Positions 28,214-36,705 of a stretch of DNA of 64,000 bases are shown here, in pieces (the stretch's first letter is position 1; each line of letters starts with the position of its first letter). Below the pieces are notes generated by a model. The model made no database searches, had not been told where the DNA came from, and was given only the letters and a program-made list of their open reading frames with translations. Both the position numbers and the translations under genes were made by a program. The DNA is taken from the NCBI GenBank assembly GCA_963834795.1, contig CAWIDL010000032.1:98979-162978 (forward strand), written 5' to 3'. Source of the stretch: an uncultured delta proteobacterium. Lineage in GTDB: Bacteria > Desulfobacterota > Desulfobaccia > Desulfobaccales > 0-14-0-80-60-11.

Positions 28214-29914
28214 ATGCCAAAAATATCAGGAATCGTGGACCCGAGAGGAAAACAAGAACGGCCACAACTCATTATGGCCCCGAGAGTGACGCTGAAAAAA
28301 TTACAGGAAGGCCCCATCGTTTTCTACAACAACACGAAACTGGAATTTTGCAACTACACCGAAATTTTTCCACGGATAAAGGAACTGTTCCGGCTGCGGG
28401 GCATCTCTAACTTTATTGACTTTCGCGAGACGGTCAGGGGCAAGACGACCGAAGACCTCAATAATTATGCCAAAAAGCTGGCGGCGGTAAAGCCGGTGGC
28501 GGCAGTAACAGCCCTGGGCGATATGGGCACTACTCCGGCCACGACCGTTATCACGATTGCCCTGGAAAAACTGGGCATCCCCACCGTATATATCACCGCC
28601 AGCCCAGGCGCCGAACTGGCCGAAGGCGTTGCCTTTTACCGGGCCGGGCGGCTTTGCCTCTGTCCCCTGGATATTTATCAAGGCAGCACCAAAGAGGAAG
28701 TCGTCGCCCAGGTGGATTCTCAAATCGATTGCCTTATGGAATCCTTGACGCTTCCCCCTGAAGTCAGTAAGCGGGCCGATCTCCACTTCAAGTTGGATAA
28801 GGCCGCGCCGGCGGAAAACGGCCTGCTGCCTTTGCAGCTTGAAATCACGGATGAAAAGTTGCAAGAACCAGGCAGTTTCCTGGAAGAAATCATGGACTAC
28901 CTCAACGCTGAACATCTGGGCGACGGACTGCCCATCATTCCACCAACCCCGCCGCGACTGACTAAAATGATGGCGTCTTGCCCCTTCGATCCTGAGTTGA
29001 TTCTGGCCCGGGAGATCGGTCCCAGCGGCAAGAACCTCACCGTAAGGGACGTGGCGGTGGCGGCGGTGATGGCCGGCTGCAGACCCGGGCATATGCCGGT
29101 GCTCGTCACCGCGTTCAAGGCCCTGGCCAACCCGAAGTATAATTTCCTGCAGTCCGTCACCACGTCCCATCCCGGCGGCAATCTCGTCTTGGTGAGCGGG
29201 CCTCTGGCGCAGGAAATTGGCATCCATGGCGGCCAGGGATGCCTGGGCCCCGGATTCCCAGCGAACGCCACCATCGGCCGGGCCGTTAACCTGGTCATCA
29301 TCAACGTTTGCCGCTCGGTCCCGGGGGTCTGCGATCTGGATTGTCTGGCGTCACAGGCGGAATATACCTATTGTTTCGCCGAGGATCCAAAACTAACCCC
29401 GTGGAGCACGATGAATGAGGAGCACTATGATGCGGAGACTACCACCGTCTATGTCTTAAAAGCCGAACCCCCTCATGACATCATTGATTTCTTGAGCCTG
29501 AACGGGGGGGACTTACTGGATACGTTGACGGATTGTTGCACTACGCTGGGCTCCAATAATTCCTATATCCCGGGCCCCTTGATTCTGGTCCTTACCCCGG
29601 ACCACGCCAAGATGTTGGCTCGGGACGGCTATGATAAGGACCGGATCAGACAACATATCCATACCTATGCTTATCACCAGGCTCCCATGGTGAGGAACCG
29701 CGGCCTGGTGCCGGTCCGTCCCCCGGGGTTTGATGAGATGCACCCCATCCCGGTGACCCGCTCCTCCAGGGACGTGGAAATTGTCGTGGCCGGCGGTCGA
29801 GGTGGCCATTCGGAAGTAATCCTTCCCTGGGCGTTGCATAGTGAAGGAATTCTGGAGCCGGTCCTGCGGCCCGATGGCAAAATTGCCAAAAGCCTGAAGG
29901 AGTTCAAGGTTTAG
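28214..29914 (+). CDS. conserved hypothetical two-domain protein
   Basis: AGGAGA RBS. The N-terminal approximately 190 aa is reminiscent of UGSC-type proteins but without the Cys/Sec (GDMGTTPATTVITIALEKLGIPTV). The C-terminal domain carries LPIIPPT...VAVAAVMAGCRP...ANATIGRAV. Both domain assignments are from memory. Confidence 0.7.
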   Translation: MPKISGIVDPRGKQERPQLIMAPRVTLKKLQEGPIVFYNNTKLEFCNYTEIFPRIKELFRLRGISNFIDFRETVRGKTTEDLNNYAKKLAAVKPVAAVTALGDMGTTPATTVITIALEKLGIPTVYITASPGAELAEGVAFYRAGRLCLCPLDIYQGSTKEEVVAQVDSQIDCLMESLTLPPEVSKRADLHFKLDKAAPAENGLLPLQLEITDEKLQEPGSFLEEIMDYLNAEHLGDGLPIIPPTPPRLTKMMASCPFDPELILAREIGPSGKNLTVRDVAVAAVMAGCRPGHMPVLVTAFKALANPKYNFLQSVTTSHPGGNLVLVSGPLAQEIGIHGGQGCLGPGFPANATIGRAVNLVIINVCRSVPGVCDLDCLASQAEYTYCFAEDPKLTPWSTMNEEHYDAETTTVYVLKAEPPHDIIDFLSLNGGDLLDTLTDCCTTLGSNNSYIPGPLILVLTPDHAKMLARDGYDKDRIRQHIHTYAYHQAPMVRNRGLVPVRPPGFDEMHPIPVTRSSRDVEIVVAGGRGGHSEVILPWALHSEGILEPVLRPDGKIAKSLKEFKV

Positions 29915-30021
29915 CCCTCCCGTACTGAATCATTTATTCAGTACGAACTCTATAATTCGGACTCGATCCTGCCATTCCCAGGAATTAGGACCTCTTTTCG
30001 ACCACACTGAAGAGGGCATAG

Positions 30022-30243
30022 GCAACGACTCTGAAATGGGAAAGAAAGCATTTTGTTCTTTTCCTGATATTCATTGGTTACCTCGGGGGCGGGAGAAGGC
30101 CTGACCAGATGGACCCTTTGCCCGAGATTTTTGGCTGGCGCCTGGATCAGACCGCCATGCACGCCATTGACCAAATCCTCCAGGAAACCATTAGGGATCC
30201 GGTGGGGCCAGAATTTATGGCGCCGCCCAGCCGCAAGCGCTGA
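30022..30243 (+). pseudogene. C-terminal remnant of an aldo/keto reductase-like gene
   Basis: A short frame ends ...LDQTAMHAIDQILQETIRDPVGPEFMAPPSRKR*, resembling AKR C-termini. There is no upstream catalytic part, and a stop lies at 30019-30021. Confidence 0.35.
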
Positions 30244-30273
30244 TTAATGCCGTTGCCAAAGCGCTTTTCAACT

Positions 30274-30362
30274 CGTTCCCAAGTTGCACTTGGGAACGAA
30301 AATGACTCCCAAGCTTAGCTTGGCGTTAATAGAGGACGTTCCCAAGCTCAGCTTGGGAACGA
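30274..30362. repeat. palindromic repeat family 5 (GTTCCCAAG-N7-CTTGGGAAC), three units
   Basis: cgttcccaagttgcacttgggaacg, ctcccaagcttagcttggcg and cgttcccaagctcagcttgggaacg. Related copies lie at 42363 and 46664. Confidence 0.8.
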
Positions 30363-30427
30363 GAAAAAAATCCACCACCATGCGGAAGCAGACAACCTGA
30401 CGTTGCGCTTGAGCTGCGCGCGCAGCT

Positions 30428-31132
30428 TTAGGGCGTTTTTTTACTCCTTGCGGGCGCCCTTTTTTGGCACCGTTCCCGCATTTCCTGCCTCTGTTCCTCA
30501 CGCCATGCTTGCCTCTGTTCAGGGGACAGGTTATGGAGGCGCGCCCGTAATGCTTGCCTCTGTTCCGGCGACAGGTGCTGACGCCGCTCCCGCATTTCCT
30601 GGTGGCGTCCTGGCAAACTGTCTGGGCGCCGGTCTACCATATCCTCCGGGGGCTTCGGCGGCTGGTTCTGGGGTTGTTCTCGGACCGTTGGGTGATTTTC
30701 GGGCTCCTTGATTTGGTGCTGCTCCTGAATTTCCCGGCGGGTTTCCGGCGTCACGTTTCGAAACCGCCGCCACCAATCCTTTACCTGCTGCCGATGATCC
30801 TCGGGGAGGCTCTGGTACAGGTCATAACTTTGCCGGATGCGATCCTGCTGCTCTAGGGGCGTCTGCTGCCACTGCTTGAATTGTTCACGTACCATAGATC
30901 GTTCTTCCGGAGACAGGTCCAGCCATTTACGTGAATTGTTTGACAGGCGCTCGCGGAGGCCAGTAGGAAGTGAGTTCCACTTATCCTTGAAGGATGATAA
31001 AAGTTGTTGCTGATCCGGGGATAGCTCGCTCCAGGCAGGCACGGGGTTCTGTCCGCTGGCTGCCGCGGCAGCGCCCAGCGTCATCAGCAGGCAGGCTAAG
31101 ATGGCTGCTATGGCCTTGGTAATTGGGTGCAT
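30428..31132 (-). CDS. periplasmic DUF3106-like protein
   Basis: Signal peptide, then repeated W/Q/R-rich helices (LSPDQQQLL, LSPEERSMVREQFKQWQ, LSPEQRQALR, LSPEQRQAWR). Third gene of the ECF operon. Confidence 0.7.
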   Translation of the reverse strand: MHPITKAIAAILACLLMTLGAAAAASGQNPVPAWSELSPDQQQLLSSFKDKWNSLPTGLRERLSNNSRKWLDLSPEERSMVREQFKQWQQTPLEQQDRIRQSYDLYQSLPEDHRQQVKDWWRRFRNVTPETRREIQEQHQIKEPENHPTVREQPQNQPPKPPEDMVDRRPDSLPGRHQEMRERRQHLSPEQRQALRARLHNLSPEQRQAWREEQRQEMRERCQKRAPARSKKTP

Positions 31133-31202
31133 GGTCTGTCCCGGTCCTGTGGTCTATTTTCTTCTGTTATTGCTTCCACTTACCACCTGGCGCCTCGCCA
31201 AC

Positions 31203-31550
31203 CTAGCCTCCCTTCATGACATCCCGGTTCTTTTCCAGCCAGGCGTAAAACTTCAGGTCCTTAAAAAATTCCAGATTCTTTTCTGATGAGATGATTGCCA
31301 GCACTTCCCGCTGTTCCGCCGTGAGTGTGGGCGGGGCCGAACGGAAAGTGCTCATGAGGGCCAGGAACACTGCCACCGCGGTAGCAAGGCCGATTGCCGG
31401 CCAGCGCCAGGGGAGGCGCTTCTGCGTGCCTTCCCGGAGCGCGCTGGCTCTCGCCGCGGCAATCTTTGCCGTCGTAAGCGCGTCAAGGTCCTCGACGCTC
31501 TCATCCAGGTGGCGTTTGATGTGATCGATCATGTCTGGTTCTCGGTTCAT
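31203..31550 (-). CDS. DUF3619-like membrane protein (putative anti-sigma factor)
   Basis: IKRHLDESVEDLDALTTAKIAAARASAL, followed by a single TM helix (WPAIGLATAVAVFLALM). Its start overlaps the sigma gene stop. Confidence 0.65.
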   Translation of the reverse strand: MNREPDMIDHIKRHLDESVEDLDALTTAKIAAARASALREGTQKRLPWRWPAIGLATAVAVFLALMSTFRSAPPTLTAEQREVLAIISSEKNLEFFKDLKFYAWLEKNRDVMKGG

Positions 31551-32077
31551 GGCCAGGTATCCTTAAGGCCTTCCTGTAACGTGTTCATGGCCCGGGAGTA
31601 ATGAGTTTTTACGCTGCCCTGGGAGCAACCCATGGCGGTTGCCGTCTCATTGACGGAGAGCCCCTCCCAGACACGGAGCAGAAAGACCTGCTGCTGTCTG
31701 GGAGGAAGATCCCTTAATACGGCTTCCAGCCGCCTGATGGCCTCGCCAGTCTTGGCTCCGCGATAAGGGTCCGGCGTCTCCGGGTCCCTTATGGTCTGTA
31801 ATGGATCTTCATCCTCCCGGTCCTGGCCGTGGCGCCGGCTGGGGAGGAGGGTCACGAAGATCTTCCTGACTTTGGAACGCCGGCCCCAATCCCTGATTTT
31901 ATTCTGGACGATGCGGTAGAATAGGGGTTTCCACTGCTCCACGGGTTTATGGCCGTAGGCCCGGACGAATTCAAGCATGGCGTCTTGGAGCACATCGAGG
32001 GCATCATCTCTGCTTCCTGTGGCGATCTCGGCCATGCGAAAGGCGCGCCGCTCAACGGATTTGAGGAATTGCTCCAT
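31547..32077 (-). CDS. ECF-type RNA polymerase sigma factor
   Basis: Region 2 (DALDVLQDAMLEFVRAY...WKPLFYRIVQNKIRDW) and region 4 (LPPRQQQVFLLRVWEGLSVNETATAMGCSQGSVKTHYSRA). Confidence 0.9.
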   Translation of the reverse strand: MEQFLKSVERRAFRMAEIATGSRDDALDVLQDAMLEFVRAYGHKPVEQWKPLFYRIVQNKIRDWGRRSKVRKIFVTLLPSRRHGQDREDEDPLQTIRDPETPDPYRGAKTGEAIRRLEAVLRDLPPRQQQVFLLRVWEGLSVNETATAMGCSQGSVKTHYSRAMNTLQEGLKDTWP

Positions 32078-32330
32078 GGATCAAGTTCTGCCGCCTGGGA
32101 TCGGGTTTCTGTCGATTCTAGATCATACCAGACCTTATCTGCCCGAACCCCTTTTTTCCCTAGTGCTGGAGCTGGCCCAGATTAATAAAGAATACTGATC
32201 GCCTGCAAGGTAAGGCTGTCTACGCCCCGGACTTCCCGGAAACCAGAATTTTGACGGGGGTCGGGACTTGGCTCAACCCCCCCCGTCTCGCGCTGCTGGC
32301 AGGCGCCGGCTGGCCGCTCTCCCGGTTTGC

Positions 32331-32780
32331 CTATCTTTTGGCCCATCTTTTCCCATGGTTGCGCACGTCGCGGTGCTGGTCAGCCCTGTCGCAACGTCGG
32401 TCCCTCCGGTCTCCGCGCAGATCCCGGACATCCCGGTGCAGGTCTCGGCGGTCGGCGCGGCGGTCCCACCGGTCTTTCCTGAGGTCCCGGCGATCCCTCT
32501 TTAGGTCGAGCCGGTCGGTTGCCGCGGCGGCCTGATTGCCTGATTTGATGTCCTGACGGAGCTTCTGCCGGTCCCCCACAATATCTTGGCGGTCCTGCCA
32601 GGTATCTTGCTCGTCTTTCCCCAGGTCCTGCCGGTCTTGCCGGATGTCCTTTTTGTCTTTCCAAGTGTCTTGCCGGTCATGCCGGAGGTCATTCACATCC
32701 TGCTGAATATCTCCGGCAAATGCCTGGGCTCCCCACAAGATGGCAGTCAAGGCCACAATTCCCGCTACGATTCTCTTCAT
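32331..32780 (-). CDS. secreted, extremely D/R/K/Q-rich low-complexity protein
   Basis: GGGAGG RBS and signal peptide MKRIVAGIVALTAILWGAQAFA. These are followed by iterated (D/R)xxDxR(Q/R)D units such as RHDRQDTWKDKKDIRQDRQDLGKDEQDTWQDRQD. Confidence 0.6.
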   Translation of the reverse strand: MKRIVAGIVALTAILWGAQAFAGDIQQDVNDLRHDRQDTWKDKKDIRQDRQDLGKDEQDTWQDRQDIVGDRQKLRQDIKSGNQAAAATDRLDLKRDRRDLRKDRWDRRADRRDLHRDVRDLRGDRRDRRCDRADQHRDVRNHGKRWAKR

Positions 32781-32803
32781 CTGTTGCCTCCCTTTTAGTA
32801 GTT

Positions 32804-32907
32804 TGCCGCTTCATGCTGGTTACTATCTCCTTACAACGCAGGGGGAGGCGTTTGGTTGACAGGATAATGAATTTTTTTTGCTAAGTGGATTTTTGGGTTC
32901 TTGCAAA
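32804..32907. repeat. 104-bp direct repeat, copy 1 (upstream region of the 32331-32780 gene)
   Basis: 102/104 identical to 33460-33563. Confidence 0.95.
32834..32861 (-). promoter_or_regulatory. candidate ECF-type promoter (TGTCAAC-N16-CGTTG)
   Basis: The minus strand reads tGTCAACcaaacgcctccccctgCGTTGtaagg: an AAC -35 and a CGT -10 with a 16-nt spacer, about 55 nt upstream of the ATG at 32780. Confidence 0.35.
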
Positions 32908-33256
32908 ATGTCAATTCCAATATAAATTTCAGGAAGATCTTGAGGGTTAATATGTTTAGATTAAGAAAACAAAAATATACAATGGCATTAAATGGTTTAT
33001 CTTCATCATATTGTATTTATTCAGATGTCTCTATTGCTATTTTTATTCTTGATTATACTTTCTTTTTCACACGGTTTCATTTATCTTTATTTGGTATTAT
33101 CTTATTTATTCTTATATGTAGAGAGATACTTTACAAAAGCCAATTTAGAGTTTTGAAACTAAATTAAAATATTTGAAAAATTAGTTGATATTTCAAACAT
33201 CCTTGTACTATCATACATCCGACCCATATCCTTAAGCGAAGCCTCACTTCTGGCTT

Positions 33257-33418
33257 TTAAGAATGGGAATAGTCAACAGTGGCAAGGTTAGATAGCCGAT
33301 GAGACACGGCCTTGCGAAGTCGCTTTTCCCGGCTCCGAAGAATGGCCATGGTCAAAAGAGATACACCCATCCAGCAGATGACAATGCCCGTGACCAAGCC
33401 GCCAAAGAAGACGATCAT
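33257..33418 (-). CDS. small membrane protein (53 aa), hypothetical
   Basis: GAGGAA RBS. MIVFFGGLVTGIVICWMGVSLLTMAILRSREKRLRKAV... forms one TM helix plus a basic tail. Preceded by copy 2 of the 104-bp repeat. Below the ORF-track cutoff. Confidence 0.35.
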   Translation of the reverse strand: MIVFFGGLVTGIVICWMGVSLLTMAILRSREKRLRKAVSHRLSNLATVDYSHS

Positions 33419-33459
33419 CTCATGTTCCTCTAAGATTTATTTGTTCCTCCCACATATAA

Positions 33460-33563
33460 TGCCGCTTCATGCTGGTTACTATCTCCTTACAACGCATGGG
33501 GAGGCGCTTGGTTGACAGGATAATGAATTTTTTTTGCTAAGTGGATTTTTGGGTTCTTGCAAA
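33460..33563. repeat. 104-bp direct repeat, copy 2
   Basis: See 32804-32907. Confidence 0.95.
33490..33517 (-). promoter_or_regulatory. candidate ECF-type promoter, second copy
   Basis: The same TGTCAAC-N16-CGTTG motif inside repeat copy 2, upstream of the small ORF at 33257-33418. Confidence 0.3.
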
Positions 33564-34223
33564 TCAAGAAAATCGAGCAACGCCTCATCGAATCTCTGGG
33601 ACTGGTTTGCCATGTAGAATGGATACCAAAGGGAATCGCCAGGTCACTTGTGGCTATCGTCAGCGCCTGTTGGGGGAAAATTGGCAGGAGCCAGAGGTTC
33701 AGAGCCAAGGCGGTCAGGCAAGGACATGCCATGTGCCAGGGACACATAAATGACTGATGGGATCCACCATTTATACGAAGATAAGAACTTCCAATATCCA
33801 GATCATATCCGGATTTATTACCGCTTCAGCGATAATTCCAGGAAATGGCAAGATAGTCGCTATTCTTGGTAGGCCCTCTTCAGCGCAACATCAATACGCT
33901 AGGGGTAGGAGCCAGGGCTTTTTCCCACGGCCGAAGGTGGTACGTACATGTGGCCTCGGCTTTTCCTCTATCGCACCACTACCGATCAGTGCTGGCCTGG
34001 GGTCCTTAGGCTTATCAGCCAGTTAACATCTGGTCGCCGAGGGATTTGTATGCCCGAACTCTGGGGAAAATTGATTTTCCGCCCAAATTTGCGCTATCAT
34101 GCCCTCGACGAGAAAATTTGGCTTCGAGAAGAGGACCGTTTGGGAGATTTTACTCGGGCAAAGAGGCTCCAAAACCTCGTTGGGCAGAAATAGCTATGGA
34201 TGCGGCATAATCTCGGTTTAAGT

Positions 34224-35024
34224 TTACCCATACATCCCGGTAATATAACCCTCCGTCCGGATATCCCGGGGGCGGGTGAAGAGCTGGTCCGTGGAGCCGA
34301 ATTCGATGAGTTCGCCCAGGAGCATGAAGCCCGAGTCGTCCGAGGCCCGGGCTGCCTGCTGCATGTTGTGGGTAACGATGATGATGGTGTAGTGCTTTTT
34401 GAGCTCCTGCATCAGCTCTTCGATGCGCAGGGTGGCCAGGGGGTCCAGGGCCGAGCAAGGCTCGTCCATCAAGAGAATCTCCGGTTCCACCGCCAGGAGC
34501 CGCGCAATGCAGAGGCGCTGCTGCTGCTCCTCGGTGAGGCTCAGGGCCGAGGCCTTGAGCTTGTCCTTTACTTCCACCCACATCTGCACGGCCTCCAGGG
34601 AGCGCTCCAGGATGGCGTCCAGTGCCGATTTCTTAGGCCGGCCATGCAGCCGGGGCCCGTAGACCACGTTGTCGTAAATGGACAGCGGGAAGGGGTTGGG
34701 CCGCTGGAAGACCATGCCTACCTTCTTGCGCAGTTGGGTGAGGTCCACCTCCGGGGCGAAGATATCCTGCCCGTCGATGATCACCTCGCCTTCGATACGC
34801 ACCCCTTTGATGAGGTCATTCATGCGGTTCAGGGTGCGCAGTAAGGTGGATTTGCCGCACCCAGAAGGGCCAATCAGGGCGGTGATGGTGCGGCGCTGAA
34901 AAGCGCCATTGATGTTCTTTAAGGCATGAAAGTCGCCGTAATAGAGGTTGAGATGCCGGAGGGTGATGAGCCCTTCGAGGGGGCAGAGTAGGACGTTACC
35001 CGAAGCGGCCGGAGATATAGTCAT
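34224..35024 (-). CDS. pstB: phosphate ABC transporter ATP-binding protein PstB (paralog 1)
   Basis: [46 protein letters not shown] and the ...GYITGMYG tail. The ABC signature is degenerate ([10 protein letters not shown] instead of LSGGQQQR). The start is uncertain (35024 or 35057). Confidence 0.88.
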   Translation of the reverse strand: MTISPAASGNVLLCPLEGLITLRHLNLYYGDFHALKNINGAFQRRTITALIGPSGCGKSTLLRTLNRMNDLIKGVRIEGEVIIDGQDIFAPEVDLTQLRKKVGMVFQRPNPFPLSIYDNVVYGPRLHGRPKKSALDAILERSLEAVQMWVEVKDKLKASALSLTEEQQQRLCIARLLAVEPEILLMDEPCSALDPLATLRIEELMQELKKHYTIIIVTHNMQQAARASDDSGFMLLGELIEFGSTDQLFTRPRDIRTEGYITGMYG

Positions 35025-35763
35025 CAGTGCGATTATCTTTAGGGACGGTAAAGACACGCTGGGTGTCGCCCACCTCCACCAGGCTCCCCATCAGGAGAAA
35101 GGCGACGCGGTTGGTGGCCCGGGCGATCTGCTTGGTGTTGTTGCTCACCAGGATGATAGTATAATGCTTTTTCAATTGAGACAAGGTTTCTTCGATTTTC
35201 GAGGTGGAAATGGGGTCCAGGCCACTGGTGGGTTCGTCCAGCAGAATGACTTCGGGCTCCATGGCCAAGGTGCGGGCCAGGCATAAACGCTGCTGCTGGC
35301 CGCCGGAGAGCTTCAGGGCCGAATCCTGAAGACGGTCCTTGACTTCTTCCCATAACTGGGCCGTCTTGAGGCTGGCCTCCGCCAGGGCGGCGAGCTCCCC
35401 CGGGTCCTTTTTGCCGGCCAGACGGGGGGCCAGGGTGAGGTTTTCCAGGATGGAGCGGGGCAGGGGCACCGGCTTGCTCAGCACCAACCCCACCCGGCGG
35501 CGCAGGCGCACCAGGTCGTAATCCGGGGCCAGGAGGTCTTCGTCGTCCAGCCAGGCGCCGCCCTCCACCCGGGCGCCGGGGATAAGATCGCACATGCGGT
35601 TCAGGACCCTGAGAAAGGTGCTCTTGCCGCTCTTGGACGGCCCCATGAGGCCGAAAATCTCCCGGGAGTAGATCGTGAGCGACAGGTCGGCAAGGGCCGG
35701 AAAATCGCCGTAGTAGAGGGAGAGGTGTTCGACCCGGATTTTGGCTTGGGGTTGGTCAGTCAT
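34996..35763 (-). CDS. PstB-like ATP-binding protein (paralog 2, degenerate Q-loop and H-loop)
   Basis: [21 protein letters not shown] (Q to S), canonical [34 protein letters not shown] (TH to SN) and the DYISGRFG tail. Confidence 0.85.
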   Translation of the reverse strand: MTDQPQAKIRVEHLSLYYGDFPALADLSLTIYSREIFGLMGPSKSGKSTFLRVLNRMCDLIPGARVEGGAWLDDEDLLAPDYDLVRLRRRVGLVLSKPVPLPRSILENLTLAPRLAGKKDPGELAALAEASLKTAQLWEEVKDRLQDSALKLSGGQQQRLCLARTLAMEPEVILLDEPTSGLDPISTSKIEETLSQLKKHYTIILVSNNTKQIARATNRVAFLLMGSLVEVGDTQRVFTVPKDNRTDDYISGRFG

Positions 35764-35861
35764 AAAAGTTCAAGGTGGGGCGGGTCCGTGCCCGCCTCCT
35801 ATGGCGGCCACAGACCGCCCTATAGCTGACTGTTTGGGACGAACCCAAGGTTCGCCCCTAC

Positions 35862-36698
35862 TCACGAATATTTCTTCATCAGCCGTTGCATCATGGTATA
35901 GGCCGCCAGGTTGATGGCTAAAATCGAAATCACCAGGACTGCGGCGGTACCGTAGGCATTGGGCATGGAGAGGCCTTCCCGGGCCAGGATGTAGAAGTGC
36001 ACCGCCATGGTGCGGCCGGAGTCGAAAATCGTCACCGGGGTGCGCAGGGCGGCGCCGGCGGTGAACAGCAGCACCGCGGTCTCCCCCAGGGAGCGGCCGA
36101 CGCTGAGCATGATGCCGGTGGTGATTCCCGGCAGTGCCGCGGGCAGGACGATGCGGGTGACGGTCTGCCACTGGCTCATCCCAAGGGAGAAGCAGACCTG
36201 ACGATACGCCTGGGGCACCGCTTTAATCGCCTCCTCCGAGGTGCGGATGATGATGGGTAGCACCATGATCCCCAGGGTCAGGGCGCCGGAGAGCACCGAC
36301 CAGCCGAAGCCCAGCTTCATGACAAACAGGACAAAGCCGAACAGGCCCAAAATGATGGAGGGCACCCCGGCCAGACATTCGGCCCCGAAGCGGATGATGC
36401 GGGTGGTCCAGCCTTCCCGGGTGTATTCGGTCAGGTAGATGGCGGTCCCCACCCCAAAAGGGGTAGCCAGCACGATGGCCAGGAGCGTGATGTAGGCGGT
36501 AGCCACAATGGTGGAAAGGATGCCGCCATGCCGGCCCATGTCCCGGGGTTCGTGGAACAGGAACCCGGAAGTCACCTGGGGCAGGCCCTTGATAAAGATG
36601 TCCAAGATGATGAAGACCAGGATGAGCAAGGTAAAGCCGGTCAAGGCCCACAGCAGGGTCTTCATCAAAGTTTGGACAGTGCGGGGCGGCAGACGCAT
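35862..36698 (-). CDS. pstA: phosphate ABC transporter permease PstA
   Basis: Second permease of the pstSCAB order. Carries an EAA-like loop (IIRTSEEAIKAVPQAYRQVCFSLGMSQWQT). Confidence 0.88.
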   Translation of the reverse strand: MRLPPRTVQTLMKTLLWALTGFTLLILVFIILDIFIKGLPQVTSGFLFHEPRDMGRHGGILSTIVATAYITLLAIVLATPFGVGTAIYLTEYTREGWTTRIIRFGAECLAGVPSIILGLFGFVLFVMKLGFGWSVLSGALTLGIMVLPIIIRTSEEAIKAVPQAYRQVCFSLGMSQWQTVTRIVLPAALPGITTGIMLSVGRSLGETAVLLFTAGAALRTPVTIFDSGRTMAVHFYILAREGLSMPNAYGTAAVLVISILAINLAAYTMMQRLMKKYS

Positions 36699-36705
36699 GG
36701 GCGGT

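Noticed and set aside
32901-33167. 88-aa AT-rich plus-strand ORF (TTG start) between the 104-bp repeats.
   Set aside because: Its composition (F/I/L/Y/N/K) simply reflects AT-rich DNA. No RBS or good start is present. It is mentioned in a finding but not called as a gene.
33567-34223. A search for phoU, or any gene, downstream of pstB.
   Set aside because: All six frames are broken into ORFs under 90 aa with no PhoU-like helices or other motif. The region is left unannotated.
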